From assembly GCA_964291625.2 (NCBI GenBank), contig OZ220090.1, positions 512,001-576,000 of the forward strand: a DNA stretch of 64,000 bases, given 5' to 3'. Positions 8,665 through 17,330 of this stretch are shown one piece after another. The DNA is from Candidatus Latescibacterota bacterium (GTDB taxonomy: Bacteria > Latescibacterota > UBA2968 > UBA8231). The stretch's first letter is position 1. Every line of letters begins with the position of its first letter. The notes under the pieces were generated by a model. That model saw nothing but the letters and a program-made list of their open reading frames with translations, made no database searches and was not told the DNA's origin. The translations under genes were made by a program, and so were the position numbers.

Positions 8665-10209
8665 CTACGGCCGTCGAGGAAAGCGTCCGCGGCACAAGGC
8701 CCAGGCACCGAGGACGGCGGCGCTGAGCAGGAACACCCAGTCCCCCCAGCGGGTATGGATTGTCGATTCACTCCGAGGCTGCACCCTCGCCGCAATCGTC
8801 TCCGTCTCCAGGAGGCGGGTCCGCTCCCGGATCCGCCCGCTCGGTTCGATGATGCAGGAGATCCCCGTGTTGGCGGCCCGCAGGACGGGGCGGCCGGTCT
8901 CCACGGCGCGCATCACACACATGGCCAGGTGCTGCATCGGAGCCGCGGAGGTTCCGAACCAGGCATCGTTTGTGGTGTTCACCAGCAGGGTGGCTCCCCT
9001 TGCCGCGAGAGTCCGCGGAATCGACGGGAAGATCGACTCATAGCAGATGAAGACGCCCAGCTCCGCCTCCACTCCCGGCAGTGGCAGCACCTTGTGGTCC
9101 TTCCCGGGATCGAACCGCCCGCTGTGCACCGTCAGCTCCCGGAGGTAGCCGAAGACCCGGGGCAGGGGGAGAAACTCCCCGAAAGGCACCAGGTGGACCT
9201 TGTCCACCGAGCCGATGACGGTCCCCTCCCGGCCGATGAGGAATGACCGGTTGTAGAGCCCTGGCTGCCCCGAGGGGGAGAGGGACCCGAGGCTGCCCAC
9301 CAGCAGGGGGGTGCCCGTGTCGCGGGCGAGTTCCTCGACCTGCCGCCGATGGTGGCGGTTCGCCCCCGCGTCGAGGCGGAAGGGAAGGGCGGTCTCCGGC
9401 CACAGGATGAGGTCCAGGGGGCCTTTCTCCCGCACCAGCGCGCGGGTCAGCCCGCTGTAGTGATCCGTCGCCGAGCGGACCCCAGACCCCAGCCACTTCT
9501 CGCCCTGGGGGACGTTGCCCTGGACGATGCCGACCCGCAGGGTCCCGGGGGACGTCTCCTCCATGCCGCCGAGGCGGACGAAACCAGCCGCCACGCAAAG
9601 CGATACCAGGAGTCCCGGCGGCAGCAGCCAGCGCAATCGGACGAATGGTTGGACGATGGCCTGCGCCGCCGCGGCGTTGACAAGGACGATGAGGAAAGTG
9701 ATCCCGTGAACCCCGGTCACCGCGGCCATCTGAGCCACGGCCGGGTATCGGTACTGGGTATAGCCGAGCAGCTCCCAGGGAAACCCGCTGAGCATCCAGG
9801 TCTGCACCCAGTCCAGCAGCGTCCACTGGCAGGCCGCCAGCCACGGAAAGGCGCCGGAGGTGCGCGGCAGGCGCCGACAGAGCAGCAGGAACAGCGCCGG
9901 GTACGCCGACAGGTACAGGATGAGGAGGGCCGTGGTCAGGCAGGCGAGAGGGAAGCCGAGCCCGCCGTAGAGCTGCAGGGTCCCGGCGACCCAGTAGACG
10001 CGCCCCAAGCCGGAGGTCAGACCGAAGGAGAGGCCGGCCAAGGCCGCCTGCCCGCGGGAGAGGGGCAGGCCGCATCGGCCGCCGAGAACGAGAATGAGGC
10101 AGGGGACCAGGCAGCCCCAGGCGATCCACCCCTGGTCGGCCTTGGGCAGGGCCAGCCAGTAGAGCACGCCGCCTCCGGCGCCAACGAGGGCGCTGACGCC
10201 GGAGGGCAC
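8665..10209 (-). CDS. lnt: Apolipoprotein N-acyltransferase
   Basis: GFPW, VQGNVPQ, WPETA, KVHLVPFGE, ICYESIF, TNDAWFG, RAANTGIS. Confidence 0.95.
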   Translation of the reverse strand: MPSGVSALVGAGGGVLYWLALPKADQGWIAWGCLVPCLILVLGGRCGLPLSRGQAALAGLSFGLTSGLGRVYWVAGTLQLYGGLGFPLACLTTALLILYLSAYPALFLLLCRRLPRTSGAFPWLAACQWTLLDWVQTWMLSGFPWELLGYTQYRYPAVAQMAAVTGVHGITFLIVLVNAAAAQAIVQPFVRLRWLLPPGLLVSLCVAAGFVRLGGMEETSPGTLRVGIVQGNVPQGEKWLGSGVRSATDHYSGLTRALVREKGPLDLILWPETALPFRLDAGANRHHRRQVEELARDTGTPLLVGSLGSLSPSGQPGLYNRSFLIGREGTVIGSVDKVHLVPFGEFLPLPRVFGYLRELTVHSGRFDPGKDHKVLPLPGVEAELGVFICYESIFPSIPRTLAARGATLLVNTTNDAWFGTSAAPMQHLAMCVMRAVETGRPVLRAANTGISCIIEPSGRIRERTRLLETETIAARVQPRSESTIHTRWGDWVFLLSAAVLGAWALCRGRFPRRP

Positions 10210-10538
10210 TACAACTCCAGATACTCGACCAGAGGCTCGCGCAGTTTTTCCAGGGCGCCCCCTTCGAGATCCCTGACCTCCTGGCGGGACAGGCGCAGGC
10301 GGGCCGCCACGGCGCCGGGGGAGCGTTTCTCCTGGTAGCGCAGCTTCACCACTTCGAGCTCCCGGGAGTTCAGTCTCTCCAGGGCTCCGGTAACGACCTG
10401 GCGCAATTCCTGGCTCTCCACCAGATCGAGGGGGGAGTCGGGCAGGAGCAGGGAGATGAACCGTTCGTCCAGGGGCACCCGGCCGGTGGGTCCGGGGCCC
10501 GTGGGGGGATCCTGGCAGATGCGGTCAAATCTCGACAT
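10209..10538 (-). CDS. Stand-alone sigma-70 region 4 (HTH) domain protein
   Basis: ALERLNSRELEVVKLRY...VAARLRLSRQEVRDLEGGALEKLR; CAGGAGG RBS. Confidence 0.7.
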   Translation of the reverse strand: MSRFDRICQDPPTGPGPTGRVPLDERFISLLLPDSPLDLVESQELRQVVTGALERLNSRELEVVKLRYQEKRSPGAVAARLRLSRQEVRDLEGGALEKLREPLVEYLEL

Positions 10539-10553
10539 GTCCCTCCTGGAGCC

Positions 10554-10587
10554 AATAAAAAAACAGGGAGCCGTTTCCGACTCCCTG
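10554..10587 (-). terminator. Intrinsic terminator downstream of tRNA-fMet
   Basis: CAGGGAG/CTCCCTG stem followed by TTTTTTTATT on the minus strand. Confidence 0.75.
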
Positions 10588-10595
10588 ATCGGTTA

Positions 10596-10672
<77 letters not shown>

Positions 10673-10682
10673 ACACCCTTGG

Positions 10683-10710
10683 AATATACGTATTGGGGGC
10701 GTGGATGCAA
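10683..10710 (-). promoter_or_regulatory. Putative sigma-70 promoter of tRNA-fMet
   Basis: TTGCAT-16 nt-TATATT on the minus strand, ~10 nt upstream of the tRNA. Confidence 0.55.
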
Positions 10711-10718
10711 CCCTGTCG

Positions 10719-12053
10719 TCACTCCCGCGAATCCGGCGGGGACCCGTCAGGGGCGGAGTCCCCGTTCGGACGCCGCTGCATCTGCACCTCCGAGATCCGC
10801 TGCCCATCGACGGCCAGAATGGTGATCTCGAAGCCAGGGACGAGGATCGACTGGCCGGCGCCCGGCACGTGTCCCAGGTGGTCATAGATGAAGCCTCCCA
10901 AGGTGTCGAAGCCATCGCTCGGAAGGTCGGAGTCCAGCAACTCGTTCAGTTCCTCGATATTGATGCGCGGATTGACGATCAGCACCTCGTCGGGCTGCCA
11001 GTGATACAGGGTCTCCTCGGCGTCGTACTCGTCTTGCAGCTCGCCGACGATCTCCTCCACGAGGTCCTCGGTGGTCACCAGGCCGGCGGTGCCTCCGTAC
11101 TCGTCGACGACGATGGCCAGCCGTGTCCGGGCCTGGCGCAGGTCGCGCAGCAACTGGTCGATCTTCCGGGTCTCGGGCACGTAGAAGGGCTCGTGCAACA
11201 GCCGGAGACCCTCGCCGTCCCCGGTGGGGACCTCGTCCAGAAGCCGGCGCATGGGAGACTCGCCGTCGACGGCGTTCGGCCCATCGAGGAGCCGCAGTAG
11301 ATCCTTGGCGTAGAGGATGCCGAGGATCGAGTCGAGAGACTCCTCGTACACGGGGACTCGGGAATGCCCCTGGCCCCGGATCGTGCTCAACAGGTCGGCC
11401 ACGCTTCCGCCGATCTCCACGGCGGTGATGTCCACTCGCGGCACCATCACCTCTCGAGCCACCCGGTCGTGGAAGCCGAAGACCCCCTGGATCATGTCGC
11501 GCTCGCCCTCGTCCAGCACGCCGGTCTCGCCTTCCGAGTCGACCAGGCTGCGAAGCTCCTCCTCCTTCTGCGCCTTGAACTCCTCGTCGGAGTAGTCGAC
11601 GGCGGCGATGCGTTGCACCACGGCCGCCAGGGGGCCGAGAAGGAGGTGAAGTGGTATGTACAGCAGGGCCAGCGGCGGGATCCGGGGTTCCTCGCCTTCG
11701 GGCTCGAAACGGACGCGGCGCGCCGTGGACGCCAGGAGCAGGCAGAGGGAGGCGGCGGCCGTCACCGCCAGCGCCGACCACTTCGCGTCGAGGTGGAAGC
11801 GAAGCAGGTAGTAGAGCGAGAGGGTCAGGGCAACGGTGCAGAATCCCTGGCCGAGGCGGGAGATCAGCAGGAGGCGATAGCGCGGCTCGTGGACACGCAG
11901 CATCTGGTTGGCGCGAGGCACGCCGGTGTCGACCATCTTCTCCAAAGACGAACGGGGAAGGACACCCAGAGTCGCCTCATAGCTGGCGAGAACGAAGAGC
12001 GCAGCAGAGGAGAGGATGGTCAGGGTGAGTGCGGCTATTTGGGGAGGTTCCAA
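10719..12053 (-). CDS. Hemolysin/CorC-family CBS-domain protein
   Basis: N-terminal TM helices, AREVMVPRVDI, HSRVPVY, IVVDEYGGTAGLVTTEDLVEEIVGE, DTLGGFI. Confidence 0.9.
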   Translation of the reverse strand: MEPPQIAALTLTILSSAALFVLASYEATLGVLPRSSLEKMVDTGVPRANQMLRVHEPRYRLLLISRLGQGFCTVALTLSLYYLLRFHLDAKWSALAVTAAASLCLLLASTARRVRFEPEGEEPRIPPLALLYIPLHLLLGPLAAVVQRIAAVDYSDEEFKAQKEEELRSLVDSEGETGVLDEGERDMIQGVFGFHDRVAREVMVPRVDITAVEIGGSVADLLSTIRGQGHSRVPVYEESLDSILGILYAKDLLRLLDGPNAVDGESPMRRLLDEVPTGDGEGLRLLHEPFYVPETRKIDQLLRDLRQARTRLAIVVDEYGGTAGLVTTEDLVEEIVGELQDEYDAEETLYHWQPDEVLIVNPRINIEELNELLDSDLPSDGFDTLGGFIYDHLGHVPGAGQSILVPGFEITILAVDGQRISEVQMQRRPNGDSAPDGSPPDSRE

Positions 12054-12120
12054 GAAACGGCTCTCCCACTCCTTTCTGAAAGACAGCCCGCCAGGGCTGT
12101 AGGCTGGAACGGCACCGAGG

Positions 12121-12606
12121 TCACCGCTGCCCGGCCGGACAGGGTGAGGGGTAGACGAAACGCTCCGTCTCCCGCTCCATGACCTCGAGTTGAGCGGAGG
12201 TCTGGTGGTCGAACCCCGCCAGGTGGAGAAGCCCGTGGACGAGGAGTCGGGTGAGTTCAGCTTCCACCGTCACCCCCCGCTCCGTAGCCTGCGCCGTGGC
12301 GCGAGGCAGGGAGATGTAGATCTCTCCCGCGGGTGCCTCGAACTCCGCCGGGGAAAGCACGCTGCCGCCTCCATTCCGGCTGTCCGGGTCTTCCCTCAGG
12401 GAAAAAGAGAGCACGTCCGTACTCCGGTCCCGCCCGCGGAAGGATGCGTTGATGCGGCGAACCTCGGCGTCGTTGGTCAGGACCGCCTCCACCGGGCCTC
12501 CGGCCGCGTGCACGGTCAGGACCCTCCGGGCCACAGCGGCCAGGTAGTGGCGGGTCGTGGCCGGTACGGCCTCAGGCAGGTCCGGGCTGCAGTGCAGTAG
12601 AAACAT
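12121..12606 (-). CDS. ybeY: rRNA maturation endoribonuclease YbeY
   Basis: FRGRDRSTDVLSF, GEIYIS, HGLLHLAGFDH. Confidence 0.92.
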   Translation of the reverse strand: MFLLHCSPDLPEAVPATTRHYLAAVARRVLTVHAAGGPVEAVLTNDAEVRRINASFRGRDRSTDVLSFSLREDPDSRNGGGSVLSPAEFEAPAGEIYISLPRATAQATERGVTVEAELTRLLVHGLLHLAGFDHQTSAQLEVMERETERFVYPSPCPAGQR

Positions 12607-14848
12607 GGGCCTGACTCCCCTTGGTCTGCCAGGGGTATTCGAGCCGCCCGTGCAGGGTTCCCATGAGCACGGGGAGGAAGGACTCTTCGACGCCATGCAG
12701 GTCACGCAACGTCAACGGACACTCGTCGAGCTCCCCGGCCGTAAACTTCTGCTGAATGATGCGCCGCACCAACTGACGCACCCGATTCGGGGTGTGATCG
12801 GAGAGGGTTCGGGCCGCCGACTCGACCGAGTCGGCCAGCATCAGAATACCGGCCTCCTTCGTCTGGGGCTTGGGGCCATCGTACCGGAAGTCGTCGCGGC
12901 GCACGTTCTCCAGGCCCTGCTCGATGGCCCGGTTGTAGAAGTACTCGATCACCGTCGTTCCGTGATGCTGGGGAATCAGGTCGATCAAGGCCTTGGGCAG
13001 CCCGTTCTCTTCCGCCAGCTCCACGCCGTCCTTGACGTGGGAGTCGAGGATGAGGGCGCTCATGTTGGGCGTCAGCTGATCGTGCGGATTGCGGCCGCCG
13101 CGCAAGCCCTGGTTTTCGGTGAAGTACTCGGGCTTGAGCATCTTGCCGATATCGTGGTAGTAGCACCCGACCCGGGCCAGCAGGGGATTGGCGTCGATCC
13201 GCTGCGCCGCCGCCTCTGACAGGTTGGCCATGATCAGGGAGTGGGTGTACGTGCCGGGGGCCTGGATCGCCAGCTCCCTCAGCAGCGGGCGGTTCAGGTC
13301 GGACAACTCCAGAAGGGTGATATCGGTGGTCACCCTGAAGAGGCTCTCGAAGATCGGCAGCAGTCCCTGGATCACGATGGGCGCGGCCACTCCGATGAAG
13401 ACCCCAGGCAGTACATGCTCGGGTATGTCGTCGATGTTGACGAACCGGAGCAGGTCCGTGGCGGCGATCAGCAAGGCATAGGAGGCGGTGAGCAGGACCA
13501 TGGGCCTGTAGAACTGATTCCGGTGACGCACGTGCCGCAAGGAGAACACGGCGACGGCGGAGGTGAGTGCGCAGATCATGGCCACGTAGAAGTCGCCGAA
13601 GAGGGTGCCGATGAAGAGGGCGAGGAGGAAGGAGACGACCAGGGCGAGTTGGGGGCTCAGGAGAATCGTCAGCAGCATGGCCGCCAGGGGAGTGGGCACG
13701 AAGTAGGTGGGGATGTCGTTGACCCGGATGTAGGAAGCGATCCCCGCCGTCGACAGGGTGATGATGGCCAGGAGCAGCAGCAGATTGGGGCTGTCGAAGA
13801 CGGCCCGTTCGCGGGCGGACAGGTAGAAACCGAGGACGAGTAGAATGAAAGCCGCGATCACGCCCGAGCTCAGGACTTGATAGAGGCTCGTGGCGAAGTC
13901 CTTCTCGGCCACCTCCGTCAAATGCTCCGCGAGGGCGTCGAGAGCCTCCACATGGTGGGGCTCCACCTTCGCGTTCTTGTCGACGATCATCTCGTCCTGG
14001 AGGTAGCGGCGCTTGATCCGGGCTACGCTGCGCCGGGCCTCCTCGCGCTGCTGCCGCGTGAGCGCTGCGTCCACCACCACGTTTGCCGAGACGAACAGCC
14101 CGAGGAGTTCATGCACGGCCTCGGCCGCCCCGCTGGAGGCCAGGGAAGAGTAGCTTCCGATGAGAGACAGGAGCTCGCCCCGCCTCAAGGACCCGGCCTC
14201 GTAGAGGTCGTCGATGGGGACCTCCCGACCCTCGAGGCGGGCTTGGCGGGTCAGGGCGGTGAGGGTGTCGTCACGGGAGGCCAGGATGCCCGTGGAAAAG
14301 GCATTGGCAAGCACCTGCCGGGCGGCTTGTCGAAAGGCCGCGATCGTGTCGGGCGGCGCCGCGGACAAGGCCGCGATGAGCTTCCTCAGCGCATCCTCGG
14401 AGAGGGAACCGATGACGTCGGGCAACTCTCTCTGCAGCCGCCTTTGCTTCACGGACTCGGGCATCTCCATCCGTATGTTGGGCAGCAGCACGTCAAACAC
14501 CGAGTCGAGGCGCGAGAGCTGCCGGTCCCCGATCTGGGCGTGCAGCGACAACTGCGTGGGCACTCGCCGTTCGGCCTCGAGACGCTCCCGTTCCAGTTCT
14601 TCCGCTCCCTTGCGCACGAAGAAGGTCTGGGAGGCGTTGATTCGCTCGGGGGCGATGCTGCCGACGCGCAGCTTGGTGACGTGGTGGGGGCGCTGGAAGG
14701 GTGAAAAGTAGGTCAGCAGGCCGGTGGCCCCGAGGGCGAGGGCGAGCCGGTACAGCCGCATGCCGGCTGCTCCCGGGGGGCCCTTCTTCTGACGGCTCGG
14801 CGGCGATGCCGGGGAGGCCCACGGCCGTCTCAGGGAAGGGGTGTTCAC
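12572..14848 (-). CDS. 7TM-HD phosphohydrolase (PgpH/YqfF-like)
   Basis: Extracytoplasmic domain, ~7 TM, APGTYTHS, YYHDIGK, QHHGT, LADSVESAAR; GTG start overlapping phoH stop. Confidence 0.88.
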   Translation of the reverse strand: MNTPSLRRPWASPASPPSRQKKGPPGAAGMRLYRLALALGATGLLTYFSPFQRPHHVTKLRVGSIAPERINASQTFFVRKGAEELERERLEAERRVPTQLSLHAQIGDRQLSRLDSVFDVLLPNIRMEMPESVKQRRLQRELPDVIGSLSEDALRKLIAALSAAPPDTIAAFRQAARQVLANAFSTGILASRDDTLTALTRQARLEGREVPIDDLYEAGSLRRGELLSLIGSYSSLASSGAAEAVHELLGLFVSANVVVDAALTRQQREEARRSVARIKRRYLQDEMIVDKNAKVEPHHVEALDALAEHLTEVAEKDFATSLYQVLSSGVIAAFILLVLGFYLSARERAVFDSPNLLLLLAIITLSTAGIASYIRVNDIPTYFVPTPLAAMLLTILLSPQLALVVSFLLALFIGTLFGDFYVAMICALTSAVAVFSLRHVRHRNQFYRPMVLLTASYALLIAATDLLRFVNIDDIPEHVLPGVFIGVAAPIVIQGLLPIFESLFRVTTDITLLELSDLNRPLLRELAIQAPGTYTHSLIMANLSEAAAQRIDANPLLARVGCYYHDIGKMLKPEYFTENQGLRGGRNPHDQLTPNMSALILDSHVKDGVELAEENGLPKALIDLIPQHHGTTVIEYFYNRAIEQGLENVRRDDFRYDGPKPQTKEAGILMLADSVESAARTLSDHTPNRVRQLVRRIIQQKFTAGELDECPLTLRDLHGVEESFLPVLMGTLHGRLEYPWQTKGSQAHVSTALQPGPA

Positions 14849-15828
14849 GCCGGGGACACCGTTTGCATCCCGCGCCCGTCTCCTGCCTCCGCCGGGTCCC
14901 GTCCCTCGCCGTGGCGCTCGTAGGCCTGCACGATGCGCTGCACGAGGGGATTGCGCACGACATCGCGCTCGGTCAGATGGATGAAGTGGCAACCCTCGAT
15001 GTCCCGCAGGACGCTGCGTACATCGACCAGGCCCGACACCTGTCCGTCGGGGAGATCCGTCTGGGTGATGTCTCCGGTGACCACCGCCCTGGACCCCGCA
15101 CCCAGACGGGTGAGGAACATCTTCATCTGCGCCGGCGTCGTGTTCTGCGCCTCGTCGAGAATGACGAAGGAGTCGTTCAGCGTACGTCCGCGCATGAAGG
15201 CCAGGGGGGCGACCTCGACGACTTTCATGCTCTGAAGGCGCGCCAGCCGCTCGGACTCGAGAAGCTCCTGAAGCGCGTCGTAGAGGGGGCGCAAATAGGG
15301 ATCAACCTTTTCCTCCAAGGCACCGGGCAGGAACCCCAGGTTCTCACCGGCTTCCACCGCTGGTCTCGCCAGGACGATCCGGGAGACTCTCTTCTGCTTG
15401 AGGGAGGAGACCGCGGCGGCGACGGCGAGATAGGTCTTCCCCGTGCCTGCCGGGCCGATGGCGAAGACCATGTCGCTGCGTCGAAGGGCTTCGAAGTATG
15501 CGAGCTGGCCGCCGCTGCGGGCGCGCACGGTGGTCCGGTAGGTCCGGAAGCCTCGTCCGCCGAGGGACTCAGCCGAGGTCGCCCGGGCATGGGGAGAGAG
15601 GGTTTGCAGGTCCCGTTGAAGGAGAGCCTGGACATCCTCCTCCCCGAGGTCGGGGTCATTGCGCAAGCTCTCGATGACCGTCTCCAGCAGACCGCTGGCG
15701 ATTTCTATCGACTCCTCCGGGCCGTCGACCAGGAGCCGCTCGCCGCGGGCCACCAAGGACACTCCGCAACTGTTTTCGAGGGACTGCAGGTTCCGGTCGT
15801 TGTGGCCAAACAGCGCGACCGGATCCAC
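14845..15828 (-). CDS. phoH: PhoH family protein
   Basis: GPAGTGKTYLAV, RPAVEAGENLGFLPG, PLAFMRGRTL, ILDEAQN; true start may be ~27 nt further upstream. Confidence 0.93.
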   Translation of the reverse strand: MDPVALFGHNDRNLQSLENSCGVSLVARGERLLVDGPEESIEIASGLLETVIESLRNDPDLGEEDVQALLQRDLQTLSPHARATSAESLGGRGFRTYRTTVRARSGGQLAYFEALRRSDMVFAIGPAGTGKTYLAVAAAVSSLKQKRVSRIVLARPAVEAGENLGFLPGALEEKVDPYLRPLYDALQELLESERLARLQSMKVVEVAPLAFMRGRTLNDSFVILDEAQNTTPAQMKMFLTRLGAGSRAVVTGDITQTDLPDGQVSGLVDVRSVLRDIEGCHFIHLTERDVVRNPLVQRIVQAYERHGEGRDPAEAGDGRGMQTVSPA

Positions 15829-15907
15829 CTCGGCGATGGAGATGGTCTTCTTCAGATCTCTCGTGGGGGCGTGATCAGGAGTTGATCAGGTGAGGATGCT
15901 CAAGAGA

Positions 15908-15952
15908 CGAAAAGGGATTCGGATTCCGGTAAAGGCCCGGTCCGAATCCCTT
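15908..15952 (-). terminator. Intrinsic terminator after the LysM gene
   Basis: AAGGGATTCGGA...TCCGAATCCCTT 12-bp stem running into TTTT on the minus strand. Confidence 0.65.
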
Positions 15953-16034
15953 CACGCTGCTACTCCGAAATGAGTTGATGCAACGAACCTCAGATTCCCT
16001 TCAGGAAACTCGAATCCTCCGACGGGAGTACTCT

Positions 16035-16865
16035 CTACTTTTCCGGGAGATCGAGTACCTGGGCAGGGAATACAAGACTCGGATCCATGATCTGCTGTCT
16101 GTTCGCCTTGTAGATCTTGTGCCACATCGTCGGGTCATTGTAGACCTCCTGAGCGATCTTCGTCAGGAAGTCCCCCGAGGTCACCAAGTACTGGTTCTCG
16201 CCGATGGCAATGGGAATGTTGAACATCTGCTTCGGGAAGATCAGATCGGGATCATCGATCTGGTCCTTGTTCGCTCGGTAGATGCGAGGCCACATGTACG
16301 GATCGTCGTAGACCTCCGGCCTGGAGGCGATTCCCCAGAGATGGTCACCCTTCATGACCTCATAAGTAAGCTCTCTCGGTGCCCGGACCATCAGTTCGGC
16401 GATCAACTGGCCGGCGCGCTCGATCTTGGCCTTCATCTCAGGGAGTGCGGAGATGGGCGACATCTTCATCTCCGCCAAGTCCTCGGCGGCCATCTCCAAC
16501 TCGCCCCGGCGCCACATCAACTCCTCCGGTGCCAGCGCGGCCAGACCCTCAAGCTGTTGCAACAGAGCATCGAGACGGCGACCGAACTCAGCCACCTCGG
16601 CTTCCGTGGCGCCCACGAGGGCCAGGATCTCCGCATTCCGCTCTGCGATCCTCGCCTGCATCTCATCGACTCGGGCCTGGAGTGCAGCGATCTCCTCGTC
16701 GAGCTGGGCGATCTCGGCCTTGGCCTTGGCCTCTCCCGAGCGATGCGAAGCCAGCTGTACCAGGAACTCCTCGCAAGTCATCTTCATCTGCGCGGAGGCG
16801 CCGCCCACCAGACCGAAGGCAAGGGCAAGGAAGACCACACCACCTAAAGCGCGATGCCTTGGCAT
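16035..16865 (-). CDS. Secreted coiled-coil protein with two LysM peptidoglycan-binding domains
   Basis: Signal peptide (ASA/Q), heptad coiled coil, YEVMKGDHLWGIA...IYRAN...PDLIFPKQ and YLVTSGDFLTKIA...IYKAN. Confidence 0.85.
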   Translation of the reverse strand: MPRHRALGGVVFLALAFGLVGGASAQMKMTCEEFLVQLASHRSGEAKAKAEIAQLDEEIAALQARVDEMQARIAERNAEILALVGATEAEVAEFGRRLDALLQQLEGLAALAPEELMWRRGELEMAAEDLAEMKMSPISALPEMKAKIERAGQLIAELMVRAPRELTYEVMKGDHLWGIASRPEVYDDPYMWPRIYRANKDQIDDPDLIFPKQMFNIPIAIGENQYLVTSGDFLTKIAQEVYNDPTMWHKIYKANRQQIMDPSLVFPAQVLDLPEK

Positions 16866-16894
16866 TTCAGTGCCTTTCTCGTGTTGAAGAATTG

Positions 16895-17188
16895 TCACTC
16901 GGACATCCGGTTGGACAGATTCGCCTCCGTTGCCGCCTTCTTCTCGTCCAGCGCCTTCAACTCGGCCTTGGCTCCGGCGAGCTCACTCTCGAGTCGGGCC
17001 TTCTCGGCCTTTTTCTCGGCTACCTTGTCTTCTGCGGCCTCCATCGCCTGCCGTTGTTCCTCGAGAAGGGAGAGTTCCTTCTGGTTGGGAACGGCGGAAC
17101 AGCCAGCGATCAGCCCGGCGGCGAGGACAGCGGCCACGATCTGGACGTGGTCCTTGGCAGCACGAGCGCTGCTAGGAGAAATACCCAT
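16895..17188 (-). CDS. Small coiled-coil lipoprotein
   Basis: Lipobox LIAG/C followed by an E/K/A-rich heptad pattern. Confidence 0.75.
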   Translation of the reverse strand: MGISPSSARAAKDHVQIVAAVLAAGLIAGCSAVPNQKELSLLEEQRQAMEAAEDKVAEKKAEKARLESELAGAKAELKALDEKKAATEANLSNRMSE

Positions 17189-17265
17189 CGAGCTACTCCC
17201 CTGTGTCTGCTTGTCGGTTTGGATGTGCGGATTCCGCGAAATGGCGAAATGGCTAGTCATGGATC

Positions 17266-17294
17266 AAGGTAATCGCGTCCAAAGGGGATGTCAA
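17266..17294 (-). promoter_or_regulatory. Putative sigma-70 promoter for the lipoprotein-LysM operon
   Basis: TTGACA-17 nt-TACCTT on the minus strand. Confidence 0.6.
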
Positions 17295-17330
17295 GTTAAA
17301 TCCCCTGTCCTTACAATGGCTTACAGCGGC

